The notes under the pieces are model-generated. The model saw only the letters and a list, made by a program, of their open reading frames with translations, did not search any database and was not told the origin of the DNA. DNA of 64,000 nt. It comes from Carcharhinus amblyrhynchos (lineage: Eukaryota). The stretch lies in the NCBI GenBank assembly GCA_965287045.1, contig OZ336887.1:11780001-11844000 (forward strand). Direction: 5' to 3'. The number at the start of each line of letters is the position of its first letter. The stretch's first letter is position 1. Below are positions 38,474 through 51,362 of this stretch, piece after piece. Both the position numbers and the translations under genes were made by a program.

Positions 38474-39356
38474 ACATAAGAACATAAGAAATAGGAGCAG
38501 GAGTAGGCCATCTAGCCCTTCGAGCCTGCCCCGCCATTCAATAAGATCATGGCTGATCTGTTGTGGCTCAGTTCCACTTTCCCGCCCTCTCCCCATAACC
38601 CTTAATCCCCTCTCTTATCAAGAACCCATCAACCCGCTTCTTAAAAATATTTAGCGAGGCAGCCTCCACCACTTCAACGGGCAGAGAATTCCAGAGATTC
38701 ACCACCCTTTGAGTGAAGAAGTTCCTCCTCAACTCCGTTCTAAACCGCCTCCCCTTTATCTTGAGGCTGTGCCCCCTAGTCCTACTGTCTTTTTTGAGCG
38801 GGAAGAGTCTCTCCACCTCTATCCTATCCATCCCATTCATCATCTTGTACGTCTCAATGAGATCTCCCCTCATTCTTCTAAACTCTAACGAGTACAAGCC
38901 TAGTTTATTCAGCCTCTCCTCATAGCTCAATCCCCTCAACTCCGGTATCAGCCTAGTAAACCTCCTCTGCACTCCCTCCAGGGCCAAAATATCCTTGCGC
39001 AGGTGCGGCGCCCAAAACTGCACACAGTACTCCAGCTGCAGCCTCACCAATGCCCTATACAGCTGCAGCAAGACCTCCCTACTTTTATATTCAATCCCCC
39101 TCGCTATGAAGGCCAGCATCCCATTCGCCTTCCTGACCACCTGCTGCACCTGCAAGCTGGGTTTTTGCGACTCATGCACAAGGACCCCGAGGTCCATCTG
39201 CACCGTCGCCTGCTGCAGTTTTTCGCCACGTAAGTAATAGTCCTTCCTACCATTCTTCCTACCAAAGTGGACCACCTCACACTTGCCAACATTAAATTCC
39301 ATTTGCCATTTCCTGGCCCATTCGCCCAGCCTATCTAGATCCTTCTGCAGACTCTC
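38474..39356 (-). mobile_element. Young 5'-truncated CR1 LINE 3' end in FSCN1 intron 1 (antisense)
   Basis: Stop-free RT C-terminal ORF (LQKDLDRLGEWARKWQMEFNVGKC...GIKGYGERAGKWN, stop at 38568), a 3' UTR, and a short TTCTTATG-type tandem tail at ~38474-38490. Confidence 0.9.
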
Positions 39357-42300
39357 ATATTGGAGCTTGCATCTTCTGGACATTTTCCTGGGGGAGAGAG
39401 AGATTTTGGTGGACACCACTTGAGCAGCACAAATGATTAAAAAATTGTATGTAATGATAAAATCAGTCATGTAAATTTTGTCATGGGGGTATTGTGGAAT
39501 GGTGTCATTTCAGTCTTGCACTGTATTTCCATTGAGTTTTGGTTTTCATTGCTGTGGTTTTCCTTTTGTGGGATTAACTGCAATTTTTTTCCCAAGCCTG
39601 TGAGCAGAAATGCTAAGTAGTTGTCAATAGGAATTCTATTCCAAGCAATAAGAAGTAATCCCAACTGAACTATACTGTACCTGGTGTGGAGATTAAAACT
39701 TCAAGAAATGGCAACACTGGGTTGACAATTGTATCTGTTATGTAAATATATTCTCTTATGCATATTTCAGCATCTAGCTTGGCAACAAGGAGTTAGAATC
39801 CAGTTTTATGTTAATTTTAATTTTGGGTCTTCCACAAGGTGATACACTCAAAGATGAGTGAAACTGTTGAATATATATTTGTTAACCCCCTTGTTGGGTG
39901 TTATTCTATTGTACTGATAACTATCTTGCCATACTAAATACTTTTCAACAAAGGAAAGGAAATTTTTATATATGCTAGTCTATCCTTTTTTATTCCCATC
40001 GACCTTGGAGCTCCATACCTGATTTCCCAAGTGATTTTCGAGTAATCCTAATGGGATAATACATGACCAAAATAATTTTTCACTGTTTTTCTTTTTGGGG
40101 AACCTGCCTGTACTTCAGTTTCTTTTGCTGTATTTTGGTTTTAGTAGTGCAGTTCTAGAAGTAAGTTTTTAATGAATAGTTGATTTTATTGGTATGAATT
40201 ACATGCTGAAAAATGACGACTCTACTGTAAAGGTGCTTGAGTAGTATCTACATTTGTCTGGGAACTCTTGAAGTGGCATGAATGTAGAATGGCTGTCGAT
40301 CTATACCATCAATGTCTCACGGTTAGATGATTGATCAGTTTTTCTTCTTTTTTGGTAGCTGAAGTCCAGAACACCCAAACCTTACTCCTTGTTGAATAAT
40401 AATTACAGATTTTCACTCTTGGTAAGCTAGTACCTGTTGCAGTATGACACCAAAGCTATTGTATCTTTTTTCATCCTTGACCTACTTTTTCCAGCCAGAT
40501 AGTGGTTGCTCCAAGTTTTTTACACACACACACACACACAAAAGATTGTAAATAAATATTGTCATTTTAGCTGAGAAATTGAAATTACATTACTGGTTTA
40601 TGTTTGGCCATTCCTTGGTCTCTTAGACTTGTACTGAAGAGGGTATCGAGGATAATGCATTGTTTTGCTTGTCTGAAGTTTGAGTATGAAGTAAGCCCTT
40701 TTAGTCTATAATCTGTAAAAGCAGTTGTTCAGATCTTTGCAATGTGTTGGTTTATGAATTGAGTTAAAATTGTATGTACATATCCACACTAGCTACAGGT
40801 GCCGGTAACTTATTCCACAGATACTAGTTATTTGGGTTAACAGTATTTCTGAGTATCAGAGTGGTTCTCTGCATTGGCCCAATTGAACGACTAGCTGTCA
40901 TTATGTTTGACCTTTCAGTCTGTACTACTCTTTAAAAAATTGCTAAAGTCTTTGAACCTGTCCCAGAACACTCCTTTTTTAATAAGGTGTCAATCTAATG
41001 ACCCTGCTCTGAAACGTTTTTCTGATGTTCCATAACCCCTGACTACTTCAGGGGACCAAAACTGTCCATAGTATTCTACATATGGCCTCTGAGGCTTGAA
41101 TTAACAAGATGGTATTTCATCTAGCTTCAATCCCCCTATTTGCTTTCCTGATGGCCTTGCAGTATTGGTCATAGACCTTCAATGAATGATGCACTATGAA
41201 GCACACTAGCCTTTTTGCTCAGCAGCTGTAGACAAAAGGCACTCCCTGTCTGGCGTATTCATGTATGGGATTACATCGTGAATAAATCTGTATCCTTTTG
41301 ACCTGAAGGAAGCAGTACAAGTTATCTCGACACCACAATGTATTTTTGAAATATCTTTTCTGCTGCTTAATGACCAAACTGAGAAATGGACAAAGACTGA
41401 TTTTAAGAATTGAAGCCAGATGTTGGTGAGCTGCTGTGTTAAGAGATGCCCTGTTGATCTAAACTGGCTTTTGTAATAGCTGGAGACCTGGTCCAGCAAG
41501 TACAGTTCTTGCTAACTTTTAGTTTTGTGATGTTTTGGTGCTGTCTCGCACATACACACTGATATCATGTCCTTTGAATAAAGGACAGACAGAAGTCTTG
41601 ATTGTATTTTTCTTTTGCCCAGCAAATCTTTGCTTGCTTTTTGTTTTATCTTTGCTTTCATTGTACTTTTTGTCAGTCAATGCACTAGCTGACTGAAGGC
41701 CTATTCATACGTGGGTGTGAATGATTTCTGTATATCAAAGCCTATTAGGGTATCAGCTGCCAGTGAACACTTCCTGAGTGCGGAAAGGAACACGTTGCTG
41801 TTATAATTGTGTAGTATTGAATTTACGCCTTGTAAGTTTTTCTCATGTTACAATATGCATTTGGTGGGTGATTTTCCTTATTTGCTTGAGGTCATCGGGG
41901 GACTTTGCTGTGAACGCTCCCTGCCCCCACCCCAGTGGATGATATCCAAGAGGTGCAGAGCAGCCCTCATGACCTGACTTTTGACCTCTTGTTGTCATGG
42001 CAATCCATTCTCCTGGCTTGAAATGCGTTAGCATAGCAACTGGGTTGAGTAAGTGTAGCTGACTCCCATACTGGCACAGTGTGGTGGTTAGGGGTGGGGG
42101 GGGGTTGTGTGTGGGTGGGAAGGAAGGGGAGCTGATGGATTGGAGCAAATTACCATCAAGCAGTTCATGGTATGAGACATGTTAGTTGGACAGAGGTTCT
42201 CTTTTGGCAGAGTGGGCACAGTGCATCCCCACTCCAGTGAAAGAGTTAACCATGCTATTGCCATTTAAGATAATGTGCTGTGCAATAGCATCTATTATAA

Positions 42301-43310
42301 TAGGGTAAACTAACTTGTATTGGCTTTGAGTTTGAGCAGTAAGGCAGTATCAAAAGAAAATTGATGTACAAGTTGAAAGGGACACTGAAATCAGCTTGTA
42401 GAAACATGTGAATTCATGGCAATCATCTGGGATTATGTATATTTTTCCCATCTTCCATTTTTCTGCTGAGAGTGCCGTGACTGAAATAATTAGTCACGTT
42501 ATGAAACTTGAGCAAAAGATCAGACTTTTTTTAAAAATGCAATGACTTGTCATTGAACCTGCAGAACAATTTGCAATCACTTTTATCCTGTCAGCACTCT
42601 ACTATGCAAAAAATATTCACTGCCTGTAGATTTTGGTCTGTTTTTTTTCCTTTTTTTATCCAGACTGCTCCCATCCTCCAAACAAAATCCAGACTGTGAT
42701 ACAATACTGAGTAAACCAAATCACCAGGCATTGAGTAATGACTGAAATGGTTTGTGCTTACTGTAGCTGTGGCAAACCTATAGGAGTGGCTCTGCCCCTC
42801 ATCCTCCATATATAAAGTTGCTGTACCTCAGGGCAGGTTGGACAGAGTGAGGAAATAAACTTGGAAAAGTGGGCAATCCTATACATGTAGATGTGCTGTC
42901 TCGCCAAGCTTCAATTTGGGTTTTTTAAGCACTGTCTCTGGTCACAGTAATTCGCTGAAGGAAGTGTAGGCCCCAGTGTTTATCGCCAAAAGAAGCATTT
43001 GAATGAATAATTGTGCCTCCAATGTCTTGATTCACATTACTTCATATTATCAAGAGTTCTGGAATTAAATTACTGGGTGCACATTTGGAACAGAACTGTA
43101 GAAAGTGTAACAGGATACAATATGAATGAAGAATTAATTCATCTAGTGGTGATTGACAGAATAATGCTGGACAGAGTACTCCTCCTGCTCTTGATGGTAA
43201 AATGTAATGTTCACCTAAACTAGTGGTGACCAATGTGCAATGCTGTAAAAAGAGCCCAGCAAACCCTAATGCTACTCTTCTCTAACATGCTAACCACAGA
43301 TCCCTGAAAG

Positions 43311-43438
43311 AAGACTCTCAACACCAGGTTAAAGCCCAACACGTTTATTTGGTATCACAAGCTTTCGGAGTGCTGCTGCATCATCAGGTGATGAAGGAGC
43401 AATGCTCTGAAAGCTCATGACACCACACAAACCTGGTG
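43311..43438. mobile_element. Palindromic Penelope-like terminal repeat carrying minimal hammerhead-like motifs
   Basis: CACCAGGTT...AACCTGGTG ends; CTGATGA..GAAAGC on the minus strand and GTGATGAAGGAGCAATGCTCTGAAAGC on the plus strand. Related copies at ~18915-19040 and 62628-62720. Confidence 0.6.
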
Positions 43439-44890
43439 CACAAAGCTCTGAGTCAGTAAGCAATCCCAAAATTAAAAGAGCTGAACTGACAAAGCAGCAG
43501 GCCATTTTGCTCTTGGACCTGAGTGAGGGAGAAGTGGGACTCCACTAACACGTCACACTGGGTGAGTGTTTTAATTTTTATTTAGGTTTGCTTCAAGGAA
43601 AGGTTGTTCCCTCAACTAAATGGCATGGCCAATAACTGCTGTCAGCTCCACTCTTTTTCTGAGTGATAATCCCTTTCTTTGTACTGGCTGGACCTCAAAC
43701 TCCTCTCAGCACTACTTGTCATGGCTTGTGTTATACTGAAAATCTCTTTTGAACTGATCAAGTTGAGTGGCCTGTTTATTTTGACACACGGTACTTTCCA
43801 GGTTGCTTCGTGGCCACATTTGGATTTTAAAAGAAGGTTTGATTCTGAGGTTGGTTGAAATGCGTTCTCTGAAAGTTCACTGGTTAAATAGACCAGGTGA
43901 TGTGCTGCTGAATTATAGTGTTAGAGCCTGGAGATGGACTCACTCAAGAAGATTTGCCAGAGTAGCAATTCTGCAATTATCTTCATGGGATCATTGATAA
44001 AGGCTGCTCAGTTTTTGTGTGGCTACCAGTGTTCATCTAATTCACAAGGAAGGGCCAGCTTAAGCAATGCTTAAGGTCTTAACACACTCTCAGCAAACTT
44101 TAGACAGATGAGGTAAACTGGGGAACATTAGAAAGAAACTAAAATAATTTAAAAGCATTAAGCCTCCATTTTACACTTCTACACAATCATTCTTAACTGG
44201 TGTTGCTATAAATAGTTTGTTGGCTAGTGTCCAAAATAAGTTGTTGCCTGTTTTTAAACACTTTTTATTCTGATTGTGCTTGACTCTAAAGCTGCGAATA
44301 CAGCTTCCTCTGCAATGAGTGCCCCTACTACAATGGGATGAACAGAAATCTTTGGGGCTTTTCTTTGTTTCAACTGTTCCTCGAAATTACTGTTGCCAAT
44401 TTCCTCCCGAATTCATTGGAATGTGGGAGCTGGGGAAGGCAGAAGACCTTTTTGAAGTGGCCTGTCAAAATTCACAACCATTTCAAAAAGAAAACTGCCA
44501 CAGAATCTTTGGAAATTTTATTTTCAAGGGAAATGCGCAATTTTAACAACTCATTTTAAATGGAGTGGTAAGATGGTTTCTTTTTTCATAAATTTCTTGT
44601 GTAGTAATTTTTCTACATAGCTACATTAGTCTGCCATTCCCCCACCCAGTGAATTTAAAACTGGCAAATTCCAGCTTATTCATCTAGCCTATAATCTGGT
44701 TTTGTGGCTGGCTAGAATGTTTTGCAATGGAATTCAAAATAAGTTACAATCCAATTCTCCCTGGCCTCCAGTTAACTTGCTGAATCTGTATACTTTTCCA
44801 CAGCTAGTTTAGAGCCATCCAGTCATGGGCCTAATCCCTCTTGTAACCACACCAATATCCAACAGTGCTGTGGTAGAGCTGATGAACTCT

Positions 44891-46100
44891 TAGAACAAAG
44901 AAAATTGTAGCATAGGAGAAGGTGCTTTGGCCCTCCAAGCTTGTGCCAATCATGCTATCTGTCTGAATTAAAAACCCCTATGCTTCCAGGGATCCTATTC
45001 ATGTATTTGTCCAGATGCCCCTTTAAAAGTCACTATCAAATCTACTTCCACTATCTCCCCACACATTAAGTTCCAGGCACCCACCACCCTTTGCATAAAA
45101 AAAAAACTTGCCTCTTACATCTCCTTTAAACCTTGCCCCTTGCACCTTAAACCTGTGCCCCCAAGTAATTGACTCTCCCACCTTGGGAAAAAGCTTCTGA
45201 CTATCCACGCCCCTCATAATCTTGTAGACTTGTCAGGTCGCCCTTCAACCTCTGTCATTCCAATGAGAACAAACCAAGTTTCTCCAACCTCTTCTGATAG
45301 CTAATATCCCCCATATGAAGCAACATCCTGATGAATCTTTTCTGTTCCATCTCCAAAGTCTCCACGTCCTTCTGGTAGTATGGCAACCAGAATTGAATAC
45401 TATATTCCAAGTGCAACCTAACTAAGGTTCTATAAAGCTGCTTTAGATGTGACTTAACAATGACTTGCCAATTTTTAAACTCCTGGCCCTGGCCGATGAA
45501 GGCAAGCATGCAATATACCTCCTTGACTACCTTCTCTACTTGAGTTACCACTTACGGTGACCTGTGTATCTATATGTCCAGATCCCTCTGCCTATCAGTA
45601 TTCTGTAGGGGTCTGCCATTTATGTATATTTCCCATCTGTATTAGACCTTTCAAAATGCATTACCTTGAACTTGTCTGGATAAAATTCCATTTGCCATCA
45701 CTCCGTCCAAGTCTCCAACTGATCTGTATCTTCTGATGGTCCTCATTGCTATCAGCAATTCCACCAACCTTCTGTACATACACATAAACAGCAACAGTCA
45801 CAAAAACAGCATTGATGCTTGAGGAACACCACTCATCACAGCCCTCCATTCAAAAATGCACCCTTCCACTGCTACCCTCTGTCTTCTATGACCGAGCCAG
45901 TTCTAATCCATCTTGCCATTTCACTTCTGATCCCGTATGACTTCACCTTCTGCACCAGCCTACCATGAGGGATCTTGTCACAGGCCTTACTGAAGTCTGT
46001 GTAGACAACATCTGCTTCCCTACCCTCATCAATCATCTTCATCACTTCCTCAAAACTCAATCAAGTTAGTGAGACACAACCTCCCCTTCACAAAACCATT
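44891..46100 (-). mobile_element. Degenerate CR1 LINE 3' portion in intron 1
   Basis: ORF pieces: FEEVMKMIDEGREADVVYTDFSKACDKIPHGRL; LYRTLVRLHLEYSIQFW; HRFKVQGARFKGDVRGKFF. Confidence 0.85.
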
Positions 46101-47135
46101 CCCTCTTCCCCACTACAACCCACTTTACATGTGCAAAATTGCAAATGTGTTACATCTTTATCTTCTAAAGTCCAAATGTTTTGGAGGCATTTTGTTATGC
46201 TGAGCTTATATCTTGCAGTCTAATGTAGTCATCCTTTATTCTAAACTATAAAGAAGTGACTTGCTTTCACTTCTACTTTTCTTTCATAATGTTGGAGGAG
46301 AAAATTCAAATTTTGGATCCTCCCAAAAAAGGATGGTTCTATTTTTAGCCCTTGAAGTGTAATGTTAGTCCAAACAGAAGACTGAACCAACAGTTGCTCT
46401 TGAGAATTGCTATCATTTGTCTGTCCAAACTTTATTTAATGTATTTTAGTCCCACTATTTTGGTTTGGTGAATGTTTTCCTTAGCCCTTTTATTATTCTA
46501 AGGCTTGGGGGTAAAATGCAAATATTCTGGACAACCATTTCCTCTTTGTCCAATTAACTGACTTGACATTGAGTGCAGTGGTTTCAAATTCTTGGAAATA
46601 GAAATTTATCTCAAAGGTGCTAAATAACAATGGACAGGATATCGCTAATTGCACACGTCTGCCTCTTTACATTTCCAGTCTTTAATTGAGTGCTTATCAT
46701 GCTGAACTTTAACCTGATGTGTGCTCTGCCCAAAGGCAAGCCCAGGGCTCAGTTTGCTGATGCTTTATCCTTGGCCACTGCCTTGACAGTATTTTGTCAA
46801 TGAATTGTTTGCTATTCAGTCTCCAGGTCCCAAGTCTACCTCAGCTGGATTGAGAATCAAACCCAGACTGTTGGCATTGTCCTGAGTCACGGACGAGTTA
46901 ACTGCGCTAACTAACCCCAATTGTGGTAGCTTTTGTTCTAACATGCCACCGGTTAGTTGTGTATATCAGGTTTCGGTCTGACTGCAGCAAAACCGGTTTG
47001 ATTTGGTTCGTTTGCTGTTCTGTTGTGTTGCTTGAATGTGGAGAAGTGATTCAATTCTGTTTTGGCTCTGATTTGAATTCTGATGTGATTTCCACCGCCC
47101 CCCCCCCCCCCCCCCCAACCCCCTCCCTGCAAAAG

Positions 47136-47292
47136 GAATGGACCTGTCTGCGAACCAGGATGAAGAAAGTGACCAGGAGACTTTCCAATTAGAAATCAAC
47201 AAAGAGACCAAAAAGTGTGCTTTCCGAACCTGCACTGGGAAATACTGGACTCTGACATCTAATGGAGGGGTGCAGTCAACTGCCTCGACAAA
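47136..47292 (+). CDS. FSCN1: Fascin-1 coding exon 2 (157 nt)
   Basis: Acceptor AAAAG|GA ATG. Translates (G)[52 protein letters not shown]; donor AA|GTAAGT. Not in the ORF track; read manually. Frame is continuous with exons 1 and 3. Confidence 0.95.
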
Positions 47293-50200
47293 GTAAGTGA
47301 ATGCAGATCCACATACAGATGAGCTATAGGATTCAGCAAAAATCTTGTGTGCAGTCACCAGCTGTCATTGTTAAATAACATCTAATGACATTGTGGTTAC
47401 TTTTAAGAAAACCACAAACATTTACTAAACTGGGCCTCTTTTTATATAAACATCCATAAGTTTTACAATGGAAAAGCAATTTCTTTGACCACTTTTTTTT
47501 TTGACTACGATCATGGCCTAAATGTTGAAACTTGGTGGAATGCTTGTATTTTAAGTATTTCTAAATGTTAAAATACATTGCATGTCTTTTGAGAATGTAA
47601 GACTTGTAGTCAAATTACTTGTGATTTTGCAGTGGCTTTTCTACATCCTGATCTGTATCCTCTAAGTGCTTCCTCCTTTTAAGTCTTCATTACATTGAAG
47701 AAATTAAACTGTATGTGATTGGAATCTTCTATTGAACGATTGTAATGAGCAGATGTGCTCCAGTGTCATCTGGAAATGAACACAGTTGATTTTTATACTG
47801 ATTTAAGTCCTGGTAGGGAAAAGTTTAGAACTTGCACAAAATTAGTTTAAATCTTGATGACAGGTTATCTTAAAATTGGGCCTAAACTGGAATATTTGAA
47901 ACTGCCAATATGTTTAACTTAAACCATTGACTAGCAATAGAACTCTGATTGCAAATCCCATAAATCAAGATTAGTTTTCCCCTTCCTAATGCAGCTGGCA
48001 TCTGCAGTAGATGTATGTGATGTAGTTTGAGGCATGTAAAACAACCCCATTTTCTTCTATGCCAAAAACTTTCTTGCTATGAAAATCAACCTTCCACCTT
48101 TCAGCTATGGAAATAGTCTGCCTCAGTTTGTCACCCTGGAAATGCATATTTTGCTTGGCTGATACAATAATTTGGCAGGAGTTTGATGCGTCCACATAGA
48201 GTAGACCACATTTAGCATGGTGAGTGATCAACAGAAATGGCTCCTCCAGCAAAACTAATGATGCATAGTCATAATATTTGCTAACTCAAGTAACTGCTGC
48301 AGTGAGAAGATTTGATGTTAATGGTGTGAGGTACCCTGATGTTGTCCAAGACCTATATACACCATGTAAACAGGGACCAGCCTGGTCTGTATCAGAACGG
48401 TTACATTGTCATATATACACACATTTCCAACCAGTTCCTGAGTCAAGCTTAAGCTAATTGCTGTTTCAGATTCCAGCATTCACACAGTATTTTGCTTTTA
48501 GCTAATTGGTTTAGCTGTTTGTAGAATGAAAATGTCTAGTGTTGCAGCAGGAGAGACAGCAAGACTGCTTGGAGATTAGCAAAAACCTTGGGTTGTCTCC
48601 TGCGGGAAAAGCAGAAGGCAGCCCATTAGCTGTCTTGCTGCGTTTTCCTGCCATAATTCCAAATACTTGGGAGTAAAAAACAATGGGAGGAAATAATCCC
48701 TGACATCAGGCTGGTGGATGTCAGCAACCACGGCTGCTATTAAAACTTAAAAAAAGATCCACCTCCTCCTCGGGGTATGTTTGGGGACTCCCATTAATTT
48801 CCTCCCCCCACCATCTTTCCCAGTCACCAAAAACAATCAGACAGTGGCAAAAACACGTACCCATTAAGTCACATCAGCAACATTGAAGCACCCATAAATT
48901 TTGATTATGGCCAGCAGATAGTAGAAAGGTTCAGAAACTGTTCTAATGAAAATGACTAGATTCATGGTGGTACCAGGTTAAATGGCTTAACGCCCACGTT
49001 GCAGTTGTACTGGGGTCCATTGTCTGTTGTTCAACTTTTGGAATTTTGCCTTGAGGATGGTGTTCTCACTGGATGACTGAAAGAGGGGGAAAAATCTCAA
49101 TGGAAATATGCAAGCTGCCTACTGAATATTTTGTGATTTCATTATAAAATCACAGGATAGTGACCCATGTTCAGTCAAAAATAGACTATCCAGTTCAGTG
49201 GCTAGCAATGATTTGTTGTAGAGGGATGATTCTGAAAGTGAAAGCACCAAATCTGATCCAGAGTGGGATCCTTATGATGGCATCAAAGTGACTTGATGTA
49301 TTTGATGAAGTCTTTGCTTGGATGCCAAAGGTAATTAATTTGACAGTTTTACAAACACTTTGTGCACTGAATCACTCACCATGGTTTATTGACCAGGTGT
49401 TGCCTTCGGATTTGAGAGAGATTTTTGCAGGTTTCCAAGGTCATTTTGTATGCTGTGATGTCTGTTATTTCTGGCTCAGTTCTTGTATGTTAAGAGAATT
49501 GGTATAGTATACTGAAATAATTATTTTAATTTGGCTGTTGCACGATGTGAGAATTTAATGCATGTTGCCTTCAAATTATTCAGAATGTATAGCTGCTCAG
49601 TTAAGAATTTGGTGTTAGGACACTACTAAAGTTGGTGATGCAGTTTAAGTTTGAGTGGTTGTGCTGTCTATTAAGTGGCATGGACTAGAGACTGGGATGG
49701 ATGCAAAGCTTAATATGTCAATGTTTTATCAATTACATTGAGACAAATGGGTTCTGGAACTCATCAGCTAAAACTGGGACACTGTGTGGATACGAGGAGT
49801 GTTTGATAAATTCTCTCAGCAAGGAAAGGCTCTTTGTCTTAATTTTGCCCTAACTGACAGGTGTGTGGATCCTGTTAACAATCTGTGCTATGTTGAGTAG
49901 AAGCAGACACTTGCAAAGCGGGAAGAATTTTACTTGAGCTGTCTATAGTGACTGGACTGGAAGCAGGACAATGTCCAGCTTTGTTGCTGTGGTATGAGCT
50001 GGAAGGCAGGAAAGGGATGAACAATGAAGAAGTGTTGTCCAAGATGTTCCCCCTTAGGTTCTTGAGAGTACCATTTGGGCAACAATTTTGTAGTTGTATC
50101 TAAATTTGACAGTGTGGTTGTCTTTTTAAGATTATTATAAATTTCAAATTGGTGTGCAATTGTACTCATTCTATACATCTTCAAACCACATTGAAAACAA

Positions 50201-50417
50201 GGCAAGGATTAAAGTTCCAGAAGCTGACTCTTCAACAGTGTGTGGCAGTTCCCTTTTGTTTAGAACAGGTTGAATCTGGTAAAAGAATAAATTGAGGAAA
50301 AGCACTAGCACCAACCGGTGCTGATTACAGGGTCTGTTTGTTATGGATGTGCTGTGATTAGATTGAAATGAAATGCTTTTTTTAAAGCTACAAGGAGTTT
50401 TTAAAATTTCATTTCAG

Positions 50418-50539
50418 AAATGGTAACTGCTACTTCGACATTGAATGGCGTGCAAAAAGAATTGTTCTGAAGGCTGTCAATGGAAAATATGTGGCAGCTA
50501 AAAAGAATGGACAGCTGTGCGCCAGCATAGAAACACCAT
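50418..50539 (+). CDS. FSCN1: Fascin-1 coding exon 3 (122 nt)
   Basis: Acceptor TTTCAG|A. Translates [40 protein letters not shown]; donor T|GTAAGT. Confidence 0.95.
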
Positions 50540-51034
50540 GTAAGTCCAGCCTGTCTGTTGCTTCTAGCTTCTTTATGCTTCCTCCTTGCACCCTGCATTG
50601 TATTTTGTTGCAAACTGTTCCAAATCAGGCAGGCTTCATCTGGTGCCATGGAGCAGTGGACATGGGTGTGCAGTCTCCTGCTTTGATTTTACCTTTCTAG
50701 AAATATATTTAAGCTTAAATATTTTTAAGCTTACGTTTATTTTGTATTTTACACTTTGTTTTTCCACTGCTGATTTGTTGACCTGTTTGCTAACTTCTGC
50801 TCGGTTACTTTGGGCCACATCCTGTCACTGAACTTTGCTTCTCCAGTCCAGCATTCTTTTCTTTGATTCTTAACTTGCTTTTCTGCTCTTGCATTTTTTT
50901 CTCCTATTCTCATTTGGTTCTTTTCACCAATTCATCTCCAGAGACAAATCAAGCAATGCTTGTTTCTTTCCCCAGTGCCTAAAAACTTCCTATTTGAGAC
51001 AAATTGAGCTGGGAGGCCACCTTGGTTTCCATAT

Positions 51035-51362
51035 GGCAGCAGAGTGGCACAGTGGTTAGCACTTGCCTCACAGTGCACAGAGACCTGGGTTCAATTCCCT
51101 GGTTTGGGTCACTGTCTGTACAGAATCTGCATGTTTTTCCCATTTCTATGTAGGTTTTCTCAAGATGCTCCAGTTTCCTCCCACAGTCAGAAAGTCATGC
51201 TGGTTAGGTGCATTGGCCGTACTAAATTCTCCCTCGGTGTACCTGAACAGGTGCTGGAGTGTGGCAACTAGGGGATTTTCACAGTAACTTCATTGCAGTT
51301 AATGTAAGCCTACTTGTGACACTAATAAATAAACTTATTGTGATATTAATAAATAAACTTTA
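51035..51362 (+). mobile_element. V-SINE, tail type B, in intron 3, with a duplicated terminal ~24 nt
   Basis: Ends TTGTGACACTAATAAATAAACTTA TTGTGATATTAATAAATAAACTTT. Confidence 0.85.

Noticed and set aside
32467-47135. Strict antisense bias of intronic LINEs
   Set aside because: Most CR1 pieces are antisense, but a sense-strand LINE tail occurs at ~35280-35585 and the numbers are too small to support a claim.
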